Positions 1 through 14,141 of a stretch of DNA of 64,000 nt are shown here, piece after piece. The stretch is from Eledone cirrhosa (Eukaryota): NCBI GenBank assembly GCA_964016885.1, contig OZ024765.1, forward strand, positions 16,740,001-16,804,000. Direction: 5' to 3'. Under the pieces are notes generated by a model. The model was not told the DNA's origin. It did no database searches and saw nothing but the letters and a program-made list of their open reading frames with translations. The position numbers and the translations under genes were made by a program. Position 1 is the first letter of the stretch, and every line of letters begins with the position of its first letter.

Positions 1-1384
1 GTACCCATAAGAAGTCAAGTCTTCTGGATTGTCTGTGTCATAGCCTTTGAGAGGTGTAACTGAGCAAAATCAGCTTTTATCACCTCATCCCAGGTCTTCT
101 TGGGTTTCCCCACTCCATGGCTTCCATCGACTTTTAGTGCTCTGCACCTTTTTTATCCAGCGTTCATCCTTCATACGCATCACATGTCCATACCAACGCA
201 ACCTCCTCTCCTGCACACACCATTTGATTCCTCTTATGCTCAGTCTCTCTCTCAATTTGTTTATGCTTTGCTATTCGTGTATGTTACTATTACACATCCA
301 TCAGAGCATGCAAGCTTCGTTTCTTTCTAATCTACGCAAGTCTTCCACAGACAGTGCCCAGGTCTCACTACCATGTGACATTGCCGTTCGTATACACGCA
401 TCATACAGTCTTCCTTTTATTTTGAAGTAAAAGCCCTTTGCAGCTAGCAGTGGTAGTAGCTCCATGAAATTCCCTCCCATTCTTACCCTGGTTATTGTAC
501 TTTCAGAACAGCCACCTCCGCTGCTAATTGGGCACCTAGGTAGCAGAAGCTGTCTACTGTTTCTGCAGAGCACTCCCAGTATTTGGAAGTGCTTGTTCCC
601 TGTGGTTGTTTGCTGCTTACTGTCCCTGTGCAACTGCTACATGTAAAGCCTACATTCTTAGCTAAACTTCCTGAGATCCCACTACAGCTCGTTTTACCCA
701 TAGTTTGCATTTGGGGCAGAGGATGGAATTTCTACCTACCCCTTTCGTACATACTGAGCAAGGCCATTTCCCTGAGGGGATCTGGGTTCCGTTTTCTTGT
801 CTACTTACGAGAACCTTAGTCTTAGTCAGGTTGACTTTGAGGCTCCTTCTTTCTAGGCCCTGCTTCCATGTTGGGAATTTCTTCTATAGTTCCACCATAC
901 ATTCAGCTGTAAGTGTAAGATCATCTGCATACAGAAGTACCCATGGGCATCCGGTCTTAAACTCCTCTATTATCGCCAGCAATACGATAATAAACAGGAG
1001 AGCGCTAAGGACAGAGAGCCCTGGTGGACACCAGCCTTTAAGCTAAATTCCTCACTATAGTTATTGTTAACCCTAACTTTGCTGACTGCTCCTCTATGCA
1101 TGGCCTGTACAGCCTTCATAAGCCATTCATCTACTCCTAGTTTTCTAAGAGCCCACTAGATCATAGCAAGGGTCACTCTGTCGAATGCTTTTTCTAGATC
1201 AACAAATGCCAGGTAGAGTGGCTTACCTTTAGCAAGATACTTTTCCTGTTACTGCCTCATAAGGAAGAGAGCATCAGTGGTGCTTTTGCCTGGTACAAAC
1301 CCAAATAGCATCTCATCTAGATTTACCCAGTCCCTCCTCAGCTGCGCTATAAATCTTTCTGTTACTTTCATGACATGGTCCATA
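1..1384 (-). mobile_element. 5'-truncated, degenerate RTE-clade LINE (RT domain to C-terminus)
   Basis: Minus-strand translation gives TGCPWVLLYADDL, GKWPCSVC, SFCYLG, GRLYDACIRTAMSHGSETW and [14 protein letters not shown], with frameshifts and stops. It is collinear with the intact ORF at 15817-17250. Confidence 0.93.
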
Positions 1385-1409
1385 TAAATATATATATATA
1401 TGAGTATAA

Positions 1410-1620
1410 TGAAAGCATTCAAGTGCAAAAATGTTATAAAGATAGCTTCTAAAATAGGGAGAACACTCTTAAAAAACCGAAAAAGAACTTGCGCTCAGCC
1501 GATGAGGAATTGAACCCCATGTCTTCCTCTTAGTAGCGGATAGCAACTTTCCATCTTTTAAGGGTCTTCAATTTATTTTATAAGCTATCTTTATAGCATT
1601 TCTGTGTTTGAGCACTTTCA
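1410..1620. repeat. Inverted-repeat (foldback/MITE-like) island between (TA)n tracts
   Basis: tgaaagcattcaagtgcaaaaatgttataaagatagctt at the left is the imperfect reverse complement of aagctatctttatagcatttctgtgtttgagcactttca at the right. Confidence 0.7.
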
Positions 1621-1634
1621 TATATATATATATA

Positions 1635-2026
1635 CTAGCAGATTTACCCGGCGTTGCTCGGGGTTTGAAATTATGCTAAGAAGTAAAAGAAGAACATTAT
1701 TTGTCCCCAACCTGTCAAAATAAGCAGAAGTCTTCAATAATTAATGCAAACGAATATATTTGGTGAAAAGGTTATCTCCATTTTTTATAAGGATTGTCAA
1801 TAAAGTTTTTTATCTCCCTTACATCAATTTCTACCGATAATTTTGGTATCGATTTTTTATTGCTCAACGTGGGTCGATTTGAAAAATGTTTGTGATGTGA
1901 CAATCTTAGCGACATGTGCAATGTGCACAGAAAAGTTGGTCAAATTCAGTTGGTAATTGTGAAAGCCTTATGCATGCAAACTTGTACACAGACACACACA
2001 CATCCTCGCTTATATATATATAAAGA
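1635..2026 (-). mobile_element. Non-autonomous Helitron
   Basis: Minus strand starts TC(tttatatata) at 2026 and ends CTAG at 1635-1638. A GC hairpin cccggcgttgctcggg (1647-1662) lies just inside the 3' end. Inserted between A and T with no TSD. Confidence 0.8.
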
Positions 2027-2779
2027 TATATAAATGGAAAAAATGAAACGAAATTTCATTTCTCACTCTTAGTACGGCTGTTACTTAAATATAAGTATGT
2101 ATATATACGTACATACATATATGTATACAGACGCACAGTAGTATGTATATATATATATACATACATGCACACATATATATATGTGTACGTATGAATTTAC
2201 CGTATAACAATATTTAAGTATAACAATATTTGTTTCGACACACGATTTCATATAAAAAACCTCGCAAAACTAATTCATCGCCGTTATATATATATATATA
2301 TATATATAATCATTATCATAAATATAAAAAATAATTATATTATGGGGGGATAAGTACCTCAAATTTCATATAGCTTAGGGTCTTAGTAAGTGAAAGTCCA
2401 GCCATGAACCAACTGACTGTGTAGGTGTAGGCCTCCCGTATAGGGTTTTTTGATTTTTGTACATGCCTATTTGTTACAGAGGATTTATTCAAAAGGACAT
2501 TCTACAGTGTATTAGTAAGAGTGTATGAGTATTACAATGGATGTTATGCATGTTGTAGATGGAATTTACATGGTAATATATAAGGTTTAATCGTGACAAA
2601 TACAAATGACTTTTGTGGTAATGTAAACAGAAAAGGAAGGGAAATACAAGGGCTCTAGGGTCACAGAAGAATGGGAGGGGTTGGGCTCAAGGCCTAGGGT
2701 GCGGTGATATTGGGGCTGTGCTCCGTAGAGAAGACAGCAAAAGCATTAGTTACATATGAACATGACATTGGCTCTGGAC

Positions 2780-2904
2780 CTGACTTGTCCCATTACGTGA
2801 TAACCCGTCTAACACATGCAAGCATAGAAAACGGTTATTAAACAAAGAAGAAGAAGAAGAAGAAGACGACGACGACGACGACGATGATGATGATGATGAT
2901 GATG
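2780..2904 (+). mobile_element. SINE/RTE 3' tail with compound (GAA)n(GAC)n(GAT)n microsatellite
   Basis: aacccgtctaacacatgcaagcatagaaaacgg matches the 3' ends at 12265-12318 and 59345-59398. Confidence 0.65.
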
Positions 2905-3229
2905 CCCAGGGTTTCACCAGATGGTGCCCGACCTAGGGTTAAACTGATATTCAACAATAACAAAATCAAATACAACAACAACAACAAGAAAAAAACACAT
3001 TTGTACACACACACACACACACTCCAAAACCGTTGCAATTACACACACAACACACACTCAAACAGACACACATCCATATGCATGTAATGACACACACACA
3101 AACCCATTCATGTATTATTTATTCCCCACGCTAGTGGCGATAAATAGGACCAATTGTCTGACCTCTGGTCATCAGAAATATATTAACTACGATCAGGTAT
3201 TTATATATGCATTGCGTACACAGGGTGTA

Positions 3230-3272
3230 CACATGATTGTATATATATATATATATATATACATACACACAC

Positions 3273-3326
<54 letters not shown>

Positions 3327-3328
3327 CC

Positions 3329-3362
<34 letters not shown>

Positions 3363-3473
3363 CCACTCATATCTAAATATGCACACACACACACACGTGT
3401 GTGCGCGCGTGTGCGTATGTATATATAAATGAATACATATATGCATATATATATATATGTACATATATATATG

Positions 3474-3507
<34 letters not shown>

Positions 3508-4005
3508 TATGTATATATGTATACATATACACTTGTATATATATGTATACATATATATATATACATGTTACATATATATATACATGTTAGATATATATAT
3601 ATATACATATAGGTATACATATATATATATATACATATATATATATATGTATTCACATATATATATATATATACATATATATATACATATGTATTCAATA
3701 TATATATATACATATGTATTCACATATATATATATATACATATGTATTCACATATATATATATATATACATATATACATATATATATATACACATATACT
3801 TATATACACATATATACATATAGATATATATATACACATACTTATATACACATATATACACATATATATATATATATATACATATATATACATATATGTA
3901 TACATATATATATACACATATATACTTATATACACATATATATATAAATATACATATATATACATATATGTATACATATATATATATACACATATACTTA
4001 TATAC

Positions 4006-4036
<31 letters not shown>

Positions 4037-4270
4037 TATACATGTATACATATATATATATATATACATATATATACATATATATGTATACTTATATATA
4101 TATATAATTATATACTTATACATACATATATATGTATACATACATACATACATATATATACATACATACATACACATATACATACACACATATATACATA
4201 CACATATACATACACATATATATATATACACATATATACACACACACACATATATATATATATACATACA
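3230..4270. repeat. (TA)n/(CATA)n microsatellite tract. Similar tracts lie at 9730-11938, 12320-12650, 20720-22145, 32920-35695, 36698-37310, 47985-48350, 48905-49645, 56015-56990 and 62615-64000.
   Basis: Direct inspection. These tracts are the source of the YIYI-type spurious ORFs. Confidence 0.97.
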
Positions 4271-4814
4271 TAAACAAATGTGCTTTTAGCCACCCTACAG
4301 TCCTTTCCCAACGCCCTTCCAACCAAATACTCCACTGCCCAGTTTTGTCCACTTTATGCCAAAATATCGTTTGCTTTAAGATTCTCTGCCAACTGTACTT
4401 TTGGCCAGATTTTTGCTGCCATTGTCCACCTGTTTTCTGAACCTGACCCAAACACAGAATAGTTTGAATCACTTACTTCCCAGAACTCCTACACCACCAC
4501 TAACACCACCACCACCTAGCTATACTTCCACTCAACACCCCACCTAACTCGAAACAACTCTTCTCCACCACCACACTCACAAACCTTACCAATGGCATGC
4601 CACTATCAATGATGCCAACAATAGGGCCACCATTAAATACCACTAACAACGGCAAAACGCTAACAGTGACACCACTACTAATACTAACACCACCACCACC
4701 ACTGTGTCTTCTATGTAGTCACTTGGCCTGCTAAATATAGCAACCAAATAACCTCAAATTACACACTATCATCTTAACTTTAACAACTTTAACCTTTTCA
4801 TTACATATTTCTAA

Positions 4815-5118
4815 TAATTGTTTCTACTTTTGGAACAAGGCCAGCAAATACCCAGTGTATTACTGGTACTTTATTTTATCTACCCCGTAAGGATGAAAGG
4901 CAAAGTTAACCTCGGCGTCATTTATATATATAATTGTTTCTACGTTAGGCACAAGGCCAGCAAATTACCCAGTGTATTACTGGTACTTTATTTTATCGAC
5001 CCCGTAAGGATGAAAGGCAAAATTAACCTCGGCGGGATTTGAACTCAGAATGGCAAGGGCCGCAACTCTATACGTCAAATATGGCGTCCGACCCTCTACT
5101 GATACTGCCAATCTAATA
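4815..5118 (-). mobile_element. Two copies of tRNA-derived SINE family A (one partial)
   Basis: Head ggcagtatcggtagagggtcgg...gagttcaaatcccgcc (A/B boxes), body gcctttcatccttacggggtcgataaaataaagtaccag and tail ggccttgtgcctaaagtagaaacaattat, repeated more than 15 times in the window. Confidence 0.88.
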
Positions 5119-5126
5119 ATAATAAT

Positions 5127-5445
5127 GTTTTCTTTATTAACCACAAGGGTTTACATAAAGTAGACATTAAGGACAGTACAGGACAATACAGGACGGTACA
5201 AATGGGCATTTCTGCGTGTAAAAAAAACAGAGGATGAAATAAAATAACAAAGAAAAATTCCCCAATAGGGGGGAGACTTCCGAGGGACATGTGTGGAGAA
5301 AGCCCATTAAAAGACCACAGTGGCCCTGACCACCAGGGCAAGTGCCCTCTCCCAGTTTTCCACCTTTAATTTACAGACACATACTCAAAGAAGGCCCATT
5401 CATTCGGGCCATACTTGCTTCTCTCACCCATCTTTCAACAAAATG
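5127..5445 (-). mobile_element. 3' end of a non-LTR retrotransposon (L1/Tx1-like)
   Basis: Minus-strand FVERWVREASMARMNGPSLSMCL* followed by a 3'UTR and AATAAA. A second diverged copy is at 18176-18478. The clade assignment is from memory of family C-termini. Confidence 0.45.
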
Positions 5446-5644
5446 CTGGGAAACTATTGTGTACAGTGCTCAGGTGCACTGCAACTCATCATAGGTGCAT
5501 GTATAGTACATAGAATAATGTACAAATGTCAGGGAAATAAACAGTGTACGTGTCATGAAATACATGTGCGTGTGTGTATGGAGGGGGGACACCAGGTGCA
5601 GTGTTGGCGAATCTCAGGAAACATGGAGGTTTTAAAGGTTTTAA

Positions 5645-5838
5645 ATAATTGTTTCTACTTTTGGCACAAGGCCAGCAATTATCCCAGTGCATTACTGGTA
5701 CTTTATTTTATCGACCCCGTAAGGATGAAAGGCAAAGTTAACCTCGGCGGGATTTGAACTCAGAATGGCAAGGGCCGTAACTCTATGCGTCAAATAATGG
5801 CGTCCGACCCTCTACCGATACTGCCAATCCACCGCCCT
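5645..5838 (-). mobile_element. SINE family A, full length
   Basis: Head gggcggtggattggcagtatcggtaga, B-box gagttcaaatcc and the family tail. Confidence 0.88.
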
Positions 5839-6101
5839 AAAGGTTTTAAATAATGAATAATACTGTCTCTGATTTTCATATAAATTTGAAAATAATCAAG
5901 AATCTAGATATGTTTCATAACATAACTGACTTTCTCATTATTTATCAGATGTTTGGAACATAACTTAACAAAGGTTCTTACATAAAACTATAAAAAACTA
6001 GAAATTTTTTTTTCCACACACTGATGTGTATGAGTATATTGTCGGTGCGCAAACACAGATACACTCAGAGGCATACATGTTAGATGCTGTTTTCTGTAGT
6101 T

Positions 6102-7105
6102 TGTCATCACCCCTTCCTTCCTCGGTCATTTCTAATGTGTGACGTCATCACCCCTTCCTTCCTCAGTCATCTCTAGTATGTGTGACGTCATCACCCCTTC
6201 CTTACTCAGGCATCTCTAGTGTGTGACGTCTTCACCCCTTCCTTCCTCAGTCATCTCTAGTATGTGACATCACCCATTCCTTCCTCAGTCATCTCTAGTA
6301 TGTGACATCACCCATTCCTTCCTCAGTCATCTCTAGTATGTGACATCACCCATTCCTTCCTCAGTCATCTCTAGTATATGTGACGTCATCACCCCTTCCT
6401 TCCACAGTCATCTCTAATGTGTGACGTCATCACCAGTATGTGACGTCATCACCCCTTCCTCAGTCATCTCTAGTATGGGTGACGTCATCACCCCTTCCTT
6501 CCTCAGTCATCTCTAGTATGTGACATCACCCCTTCCTTCCTCAGTCATCTCTAGTGTGTGACGTCATCACCCCTTCCTCAGTCATCTCTAGTGTGTGTGA
6601 CATCATCACCCCTTCCTTCCTCAGTCATCTCTTGTATGTGTAAACGTCATCACCCCTTCCTTCCTCAGTCATCTCTAGTATGTGTGACGTCACCACCCCT
6701 TCCTTCCTCAGTCATCTCTAGTATGTGTGACGTCATCACCCCTTCCTTCCACAGTCATCTCTAGTGTGTGACGTCATCACCCCTTCCTTCCTCAGTCATC
6801 TCTAGTGTGTGACGTCATCACCCCTTCCTTCCTCAGTCATCTCTAGTGTGTGACGTCATCACCCCTTCATTCCTCAGTCATCTCTAGTATGTGTGACGTC
6901 ATCACCCCTTCCTTCCTCAGTCATCTCTAGTGTGTGTGAGGTCATCACCCCTTCATTCCTCAGTCAGCTCTAGCATGTGTGACGTCATCACCCCTTCCTT
7001 CCTCAGTCATCTCTAGTATGTTGGATGTCATCACCCCTTCCTTCCTCAGTCATCTCTAGTGTGTGACATCATCACCCTTACCTTCCTCAGTCATCTCTAG
7101 TGTGT
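6102..7105. repeat. ~41-44 bp minisatellite (gtgtgacgtcatcaccccttccttcctcagtcatctcta), about 24 units
   Basis: Direct tandem repetition. Many units carry the palindrome TGACGTCA. Confidence 0.95.
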
Positions 7106-7350
7106 AATGGAAGGACGGGCAGACGAACGGACGGAAGTCACTCAAATTTATATATAGATGATATACATTTTAACCCTTTCTTTACGATATATTTAATGAA
7201 ATCACTGTCTGTGATTTTCAATTCGTTTTGAGAGTAATATGGGATTCAGAGTTATTTAGAAATATAATTAACTTTCCCATTATTAGTTTGATGTTTGGCA
7301 TATAAAGGATTTTACATAAAACTATAAAGAAAGGTTTTATTTTGAATACT

Positions 7351-7925
7351 AATAATTGTTTCTACTTTTGGCACAAGGCCAGCAATTATCTCAGTGTATT
7401 ACTGGTACTTTAGTTTATCAACCCCGTAAGGATGAAAGTCAAAGTCAACCTCGGCGGGATTTGAACTCAGACTGTAAAGGGACGTAACTATGCTGGAAAG
7501 CATGGCGTCCGACTCACTACCGATACTGCCAATCCACCGCCCTCTTATTATTATTAATAATAATTGTTTCGGTTTTAGGCACAAGGTCAGCAATTACCCA
7601 GTACATTACTGGTACTTTATTTTATCAACCCCGTAAGGATGAAAGGCAAAGTTAACCTCGGCGGGATGTAACTCTATGCTTGCAAAGCATGGTGTCCGAC
7701 TCTCTACCGATACTGTCAATCCACAATAATAATTGTTTCTACTTTAGGCACAAGGCCAGCAATTTCACGAGTGCATTACTGGTACTTTATTTTATCGACC
7801 CCGTAAGGATGAAAGGCAAAGTCAACCTCGGCGGGAGTTGAACTCAGATCGTAAAGGGACGTAACTATGCTGGAAAGCATGGCGTCCGACTCTCTACCGA
7901 TACTGCCAATACACCGCCAATCCAC
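7351..7925 (-). mobile_element. Three head-to-tail SINE family A copies
   Basis: Three repetitions of aattgtttc...ggcacaagg...aaggatgaaag...ctaccgatactg at about 7351, 7562 and 7730. Confidence 0.88.
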
Positions 7926-7939
7926 AATAATAATAATAA

Positions 7940-8098
7940 TTGATTCATTTGCAAGCAAACAGCCTCATTATAATATGTTTTATAGATGACCATTGTCATC
8001 TTTTTGTTCTAGCAATGACAGTCACTGCTAGAACAAAATGGAGGTGATGGTCATCTGAAAAACAGCATAATGAGGCTGATTTCTTACAAATGAATCAA
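7940..8098. repeat. Imperfect 159-bp palindrome flanked by (TAA)n/(ATT)n
   Basis: ttgattcatttg...cagcctcattat...ttgttctagcaatgac|a|gtcactgctagaacaa...ataatgaggctg...caaatgaatcaa. Confidence 0.85.
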
Positions 8099-8116
8099 AT
8101 ATTATTATTGCTAACA

Positions 8117-9560
8117 GACACAAATATTATTATTGCTAACTACACACTCACACATCTCTCTCTACCACAGACTCACTCACACTCTAACATCTCTCTCAAC
8201 TCCCCCTCTCTTTACTACACACTCACACATCTCTCTCTACCACAGACTCACTCACACTCTAACATCTCTCTCAACTCCCCCTCTCTTTACTACACACTCA
8301 CACATCTCTCTCTACCACAGACTCACTCACACTCTAACATCTCTCTCAACTTCCCTTCTCTTTACTACACACTCACACATCTCTCTCAAACTCCCCCTCT
8401 CTACCACACACACACTCACACTCAAACATCTCTCTCAACTCCCCCTCTCTTTACTACACACTCACACATCTCTCTCTACCACAGACTCACTCACACTCAA
8501 ACATCTCTCTCAACTCCCCCTCTCTTTACTACACTCACACACTGAAACATCTCTCTCAACTCCCCCTCTCTTTACAACACACTCACACATCTCTCTCAAA
8601 CTCCCCCTCTCTACCACACACACACTCACACTCAAACATCTCTCTCAACTTCCCTTCTCTTTACTACACACTCAAACATCTCTCTCAAACTCCCCCTCTC
8701 TCTACCACAAACTCACTCACACTCAAACATCTCTCTTAAACTCCCCCTCTCTCTACCACAGACTCACTCACACTCAAACATCTCTCTCAACTCACTCTCT
8801 CTTTACTACACACTCACACATCTCTCTCAAACTCCCCCTCTCTACCACACACACACACTCACTCTCAACCATCTTTCAAATTCCCTATCTCTCTCCTTCA
8901 ACCATTTCTCTCAAAACTCCACTCACTCGACCACACAGACACATGCACCCTACCTCTTTTCCTCTAAAATTTGCACCACCACCACCACCACTACTACCAA
9001 CACCACCACCACCACTACTACCAACACCATCAGCACCACCACTACTACTACTACCAACACCATCAGCACCACTACCACCACCAAATCCACACAACCAACA
9101 CAATCACCACCACCACCACCACACAACTAACACTAACACACACCACTACCACACAACCAACACCACCACTACCACCACTACCACACAACCAACACCATCA
9201 CCACCACTACCACACAACCAACATCACCACCACCACTCCTACCACCACCATCACCACCACTACCACACAACCAACAACATCACCACCACCACCACCACAC
9301 AACCACCACCACCACACAACCAACACCACCACCATCACACAACCAACACCATCACACAACCAACACCATCACCACCACCACTACTACACCACCACCACTA
9401 CAACAACACAACAAACACCAACACCATCACCACCTCCACCACACAACTAACACTAACACCACCACCGCTACCACACAACCAACACCACCACACAACCAAC
9501 ACCACCACACAACCATCACCAACACCGCCACCACCACTACCACCACCACCACCACCATCA
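8117..9560. repeat. CT/CA-rich minisatellite (8117-8870) followed by (CAC/CAA)n low-complexity sequence
   Basis: A recurrent unit actacacactcacacatctctctctaccacagactcactcacactc..., then cac triplets. Confidence 0.9.
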
Positions 9561-9773
9561 CTATATTAAATATAAACTATATATTTCCCTTATATGTGAA
9601 AATAGTAATTTTACTTTCATGTTTCGGAGTTTATTTTTTCTTAATATTTTATGATTTTCTAATCAATTTAATTTTTCACATAAATATTTTTTTATGAAAA
9701 ATTAATAATGTTCTTTAGTTTATGTATATTTATATACAGTACAAATACACACATACATATGTATGTGTGTGTG

Positions 9774-9871
<98 letters not shown>

Positions 9872-9900
9872 AGGTGTGCATGTGTTCATATGAGCTTGTG

Positions 9901-9936
<36 letters not shown>

Positions 9937-10150
9937 AAAATAGCAACAGATATATATATATACACACACGTGCATATATATACAAACACACACACATGCA
10001 TGTATGTATATACACAGACACACACACATACACATATACACACATATGTGTGTGTGTGTGTGTGTATAAGGGTATTTACTTTTGAATGTAGATAGGGAAG
10101 TGTATAATTATGCATGTAATTAATGTGTCGCTTAGCTGAGCTTGTGTAAA

Positions 10151-10182
<32 letters not shown>

Positions 10183-10401
10183 CGTATATATATATATATG
10201 TATATACATGTATATATATATACGCATATATATATGCCCACATATATACATGTATATATATATATACGAATATATATAGGCCCACATATATACATATATA
10301 TATATATACGTGTATATATATATATATATATATGCCCACATATATACATGTATATATATACGAATATATATATGCCCACATATATACATATATATATATA
10401 C

Positions 10402-10446
<45 letters not shown>

Positions 10447-10489
10447 CACATATATACATGTATATATATATACGTATATATATGCCCAC

Positions 10490-10520
<31 letters not shown>

Positions 10521-10783
10521 CATATATATGTATATATACCCATATATATATGTGTATATGTATATATACATATATATATATATACACACAGAGACACAGT
10601 CACACATATACACACAGAGACACAGACACACATATACACACAGAGACACAGCCACACACATGCTTCCCGCTAGAGGGCCCTTGTCAAAATCTTTATGAAT
10701 ATGTATCAGTACAGATAAATGTTTGTTTATATTTAAATCGGTTTGATCAATTATTTAAGCAAATCCCCATATTCTGTATTGCT

Positions 10784-10835
<52 letters not shown>

Positions 10836-10848
10836 AATATATATACAC

Positions 10849-11007
<159 letters not shown>

Positions 11008-11325
11008 AATATATATATATATGCATATATATGTATATATATAAATATATATATATATGCATATGTATATACACATATGTATATATATAAATATATATAT
11101 ATATATGCATATATATGCATATACATATATATATATATATATGCATATGCATATATATGCATATATATATGCATATATATGCATATATATATGCATATAT
11201 ATATATATGCATATATATATATATGCATATATGCATATATATATATATCCATATATATATATGCATATATGCATATATATATATATCCATATATATATAT
11301 GCATATATGTATATATGTATATACA

Positions 11326-11513
<188 letters not shown>

Positions 11514-11593
11514 TATATATATATATGTCTATATATATATATATATGTCTATATATATATATGTCTATATATATATATGTATATATATATATG

Positions 11594-11624
<31 letters not shown>

Positions 11625-11641
11625 GTATATTTATATATATA

Positions 11642-11699
<58 letters not shown>

Positions 11700-11938
11700 T
11701 ATATATATATATATATGTGAATACATATATATGCATATACATATATATATATGACCATCCCAAAGCATAATATGTATATATGCATATGTATATATATGCA
11801 TATATGCGTATATATATATATATATATATGCCAATGTATATATATGCATATATGTATATATATATGCATATGTGTATACATATATATGCATATGTGTATA
11901 CATATATATATATATATATATAAGCATATATATATATA

Positions 11939-12318
11939 CCGCGGAGTGGGGAGACCCTAGAAGACCTGGGATGAAGTGATAAAAGCCGACCTTACCCAAT
12001 TACACCTCTCAAAGGCGATGACACGCGACCGTGACCTCTGACGTCGCGCAGTAATACAGAGTACAAGCTGAGGCATATAGACAATATGCCCCCACTCCCC
12101 CCACCGCAAGGTGGTCGTGGAGGTGCCATGGCAAAAAAGCACCCAGCACTCACTGTAAAAGAGGTTGGTGTTAGGAAGGGCATCCAGCTGTAGAAATCAA
12201 GCCAGAATCAGTTCCTGTATGAGCAAGGCAAGGTCAGCCGACCAGACACTGCCCACAACAGGACAACCCGTCTAACCCATGCTAACATGGAAGAACGGAC
12301 GTAAAACGGTGATGATGA
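11939..12318 (+). mobile_element. Short 3' fragment of an RTE LINE with a SINE-shared 3'UTR and (GAT)n tail
   Basis: [17 protein letters not shown] coding tip, then aaaaagcacccag...ttaggaagggcatccagctgtagaaa...ggacgtaaaacggtgatgatgat. Confidence 0.85.
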
Positions 12319-12544
12319 TATATGCATATGTATATATATGCATATATGTATATATATATATATGCATATGTATATATATGCATATATGTATATGTATATG
12401 CATATATATATGTATAAGCATATATATATATATATATGCACATATATACATATATATATGCATATATGTATATATGCATATATATATGCATATATATATG
12501 CATATATATATGCATATATGTATAAGTATATATATATATATGCA

Positions 12545-12596
<52 letters not shown>

Positions 12597-12912
12597 CATA
12601 CACACACACACATGTAAGTGTGCGTACATATATGAATATATACACATATATATGGTGGTGGCCGTCAGTTGAATGTTTGAGACTCATCTGGAATCTGCAC
12701 CTTTCCTTCCTTTATTTATTTATCAGTTCAAAGTCCTCTACTTTGACCCCCATAAACAGTTTTTATGTACAGAGATGCAGCGAAAGGTTTTCCTGACAAA
12801 TTTTGCAATTGAGTCTAGAAGGTAATAATAGTAAACTGTCTTTCTTGTCCATCGCTGTGGATGTTATATGGTTTCTTAAGGCCACCAGATCATATACATA
12901 CATACCCATATA

Positions 12913-12975
12913 CAGGGAGCGGACGATATTTGTTGGCAATTTTCTCGAATATTTGTTCGATATTTGTTCGCAATT
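12913..12975 (+). mobile_element. Orphan terminal inverted repeat related to the maT element
   Basis: ta|cagggagcggacgatatttgttggcaatttt versus ta|cagggtgtggacgatatttgttcgcaatttt at 14142. Confidence 0.75.
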
Positions 12976-12989
12976 AATGTATTTATAGT

Positions 12990-14140
12990 ATATATATACT
13001 GTAATGGTGTGTATATATACTGTAATGGTGTGTATATATACTGTAATTGTGTGTATATAATGTATATAGTGTTTATATACTGTAATAGTGTGTATATAAT
13101 GTATATAGTGTATATATATACTGTAATAGTGTGTATATAATGTATATATATAGTGGATATATAGTGTAATAGTGTATATATAATATATATATACTTTATA
13201 TATACTGTAATAGTGTGTATATAATGTATATATATATACTGTAATAGTGTGTATATAATGTATATATATACTGTAATAGTGTGTATATAATGTATATATA
13301 TATAGTGTATATATATACTGTAATAGTGTGTATATAATGTATATATATAGTGTATATATAATGTATATATAGTGTATATATACTATAATAGTCTGTATAT
13401 AATGTATATAAAGTGTATATATACTGAAATAGTGTGTATATAATGTATATATAGTGTATATATACTGTATATATACTGAAATAGTGTGTATATAATGTAT
13501 ATATATAGTGTATATATATATATACTGTAATAGTGTGTATATAATGTATATATATAGTGTATATATATACTGTAATAGTGTGTATATAATGTATATATAT
13601 AGTGTATATATATACTGTAATAGTGTTTATATAATGTATATATATATAGTGTATATATATATACTGTAATAGTGTGTATATAATGTATATATAGTATATA
13701 TATATTCTGTAATAGTGTGTATATAATGTATATATATATATAGTGTATATATATATATACTGTAATAGTGTGTATATAATGTATATATATATATACTGTA
13801 ATAGTGTGTATATAATGTATATATATACTGCAATAGTGTGTATATAATGTATATATAGTGTATATATACTGTAATAGTGTGTATATAATGTATATATAGT
13901 GTATATATACTGTATATATACTGAAATAGTGTGTATATAATGTATATATAGTGTATATATACTGAAATAGTGTGTATATAATGTATATATAGTGTATATA
14001 TACTGAAATAGTGTGTATATAATGTATATATAGTGTATATATACTGTATATATACTGAAATAGTGTGTATATAAATTATATATACTGAAATAGTGTGTAT
14101 ATAAATTATATATACTGAAATAGTGTGTATATATATATAT
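12990..14140. repeat. AT-rich minisatellite (tatactgtaatagtgtgtatataatgtata, variable TA spacer)
   Basis: Direct tandem repetition. Confidence 0.93.
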
Positions 14141-14141
14141 A

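Noticed and set aside
2200-2290. Possible minus-strand hammerhead (gcgatga...GAAAcaaatattgTT)
   Set aside because: The 5' core is defective and stems I and II are not convincing.
6102-7105. CRISPR-like regular repeats (also 28086, 29879, 44095)
   Set aside because: There are no unique spacers. These are contiguous tandem units in a eukaryotic context with no cas genes.
8133-9569. 478-aa ORF
   Set aside because: It is a G-poor minisatellite and low-complexity tract that lacks stops by composition.
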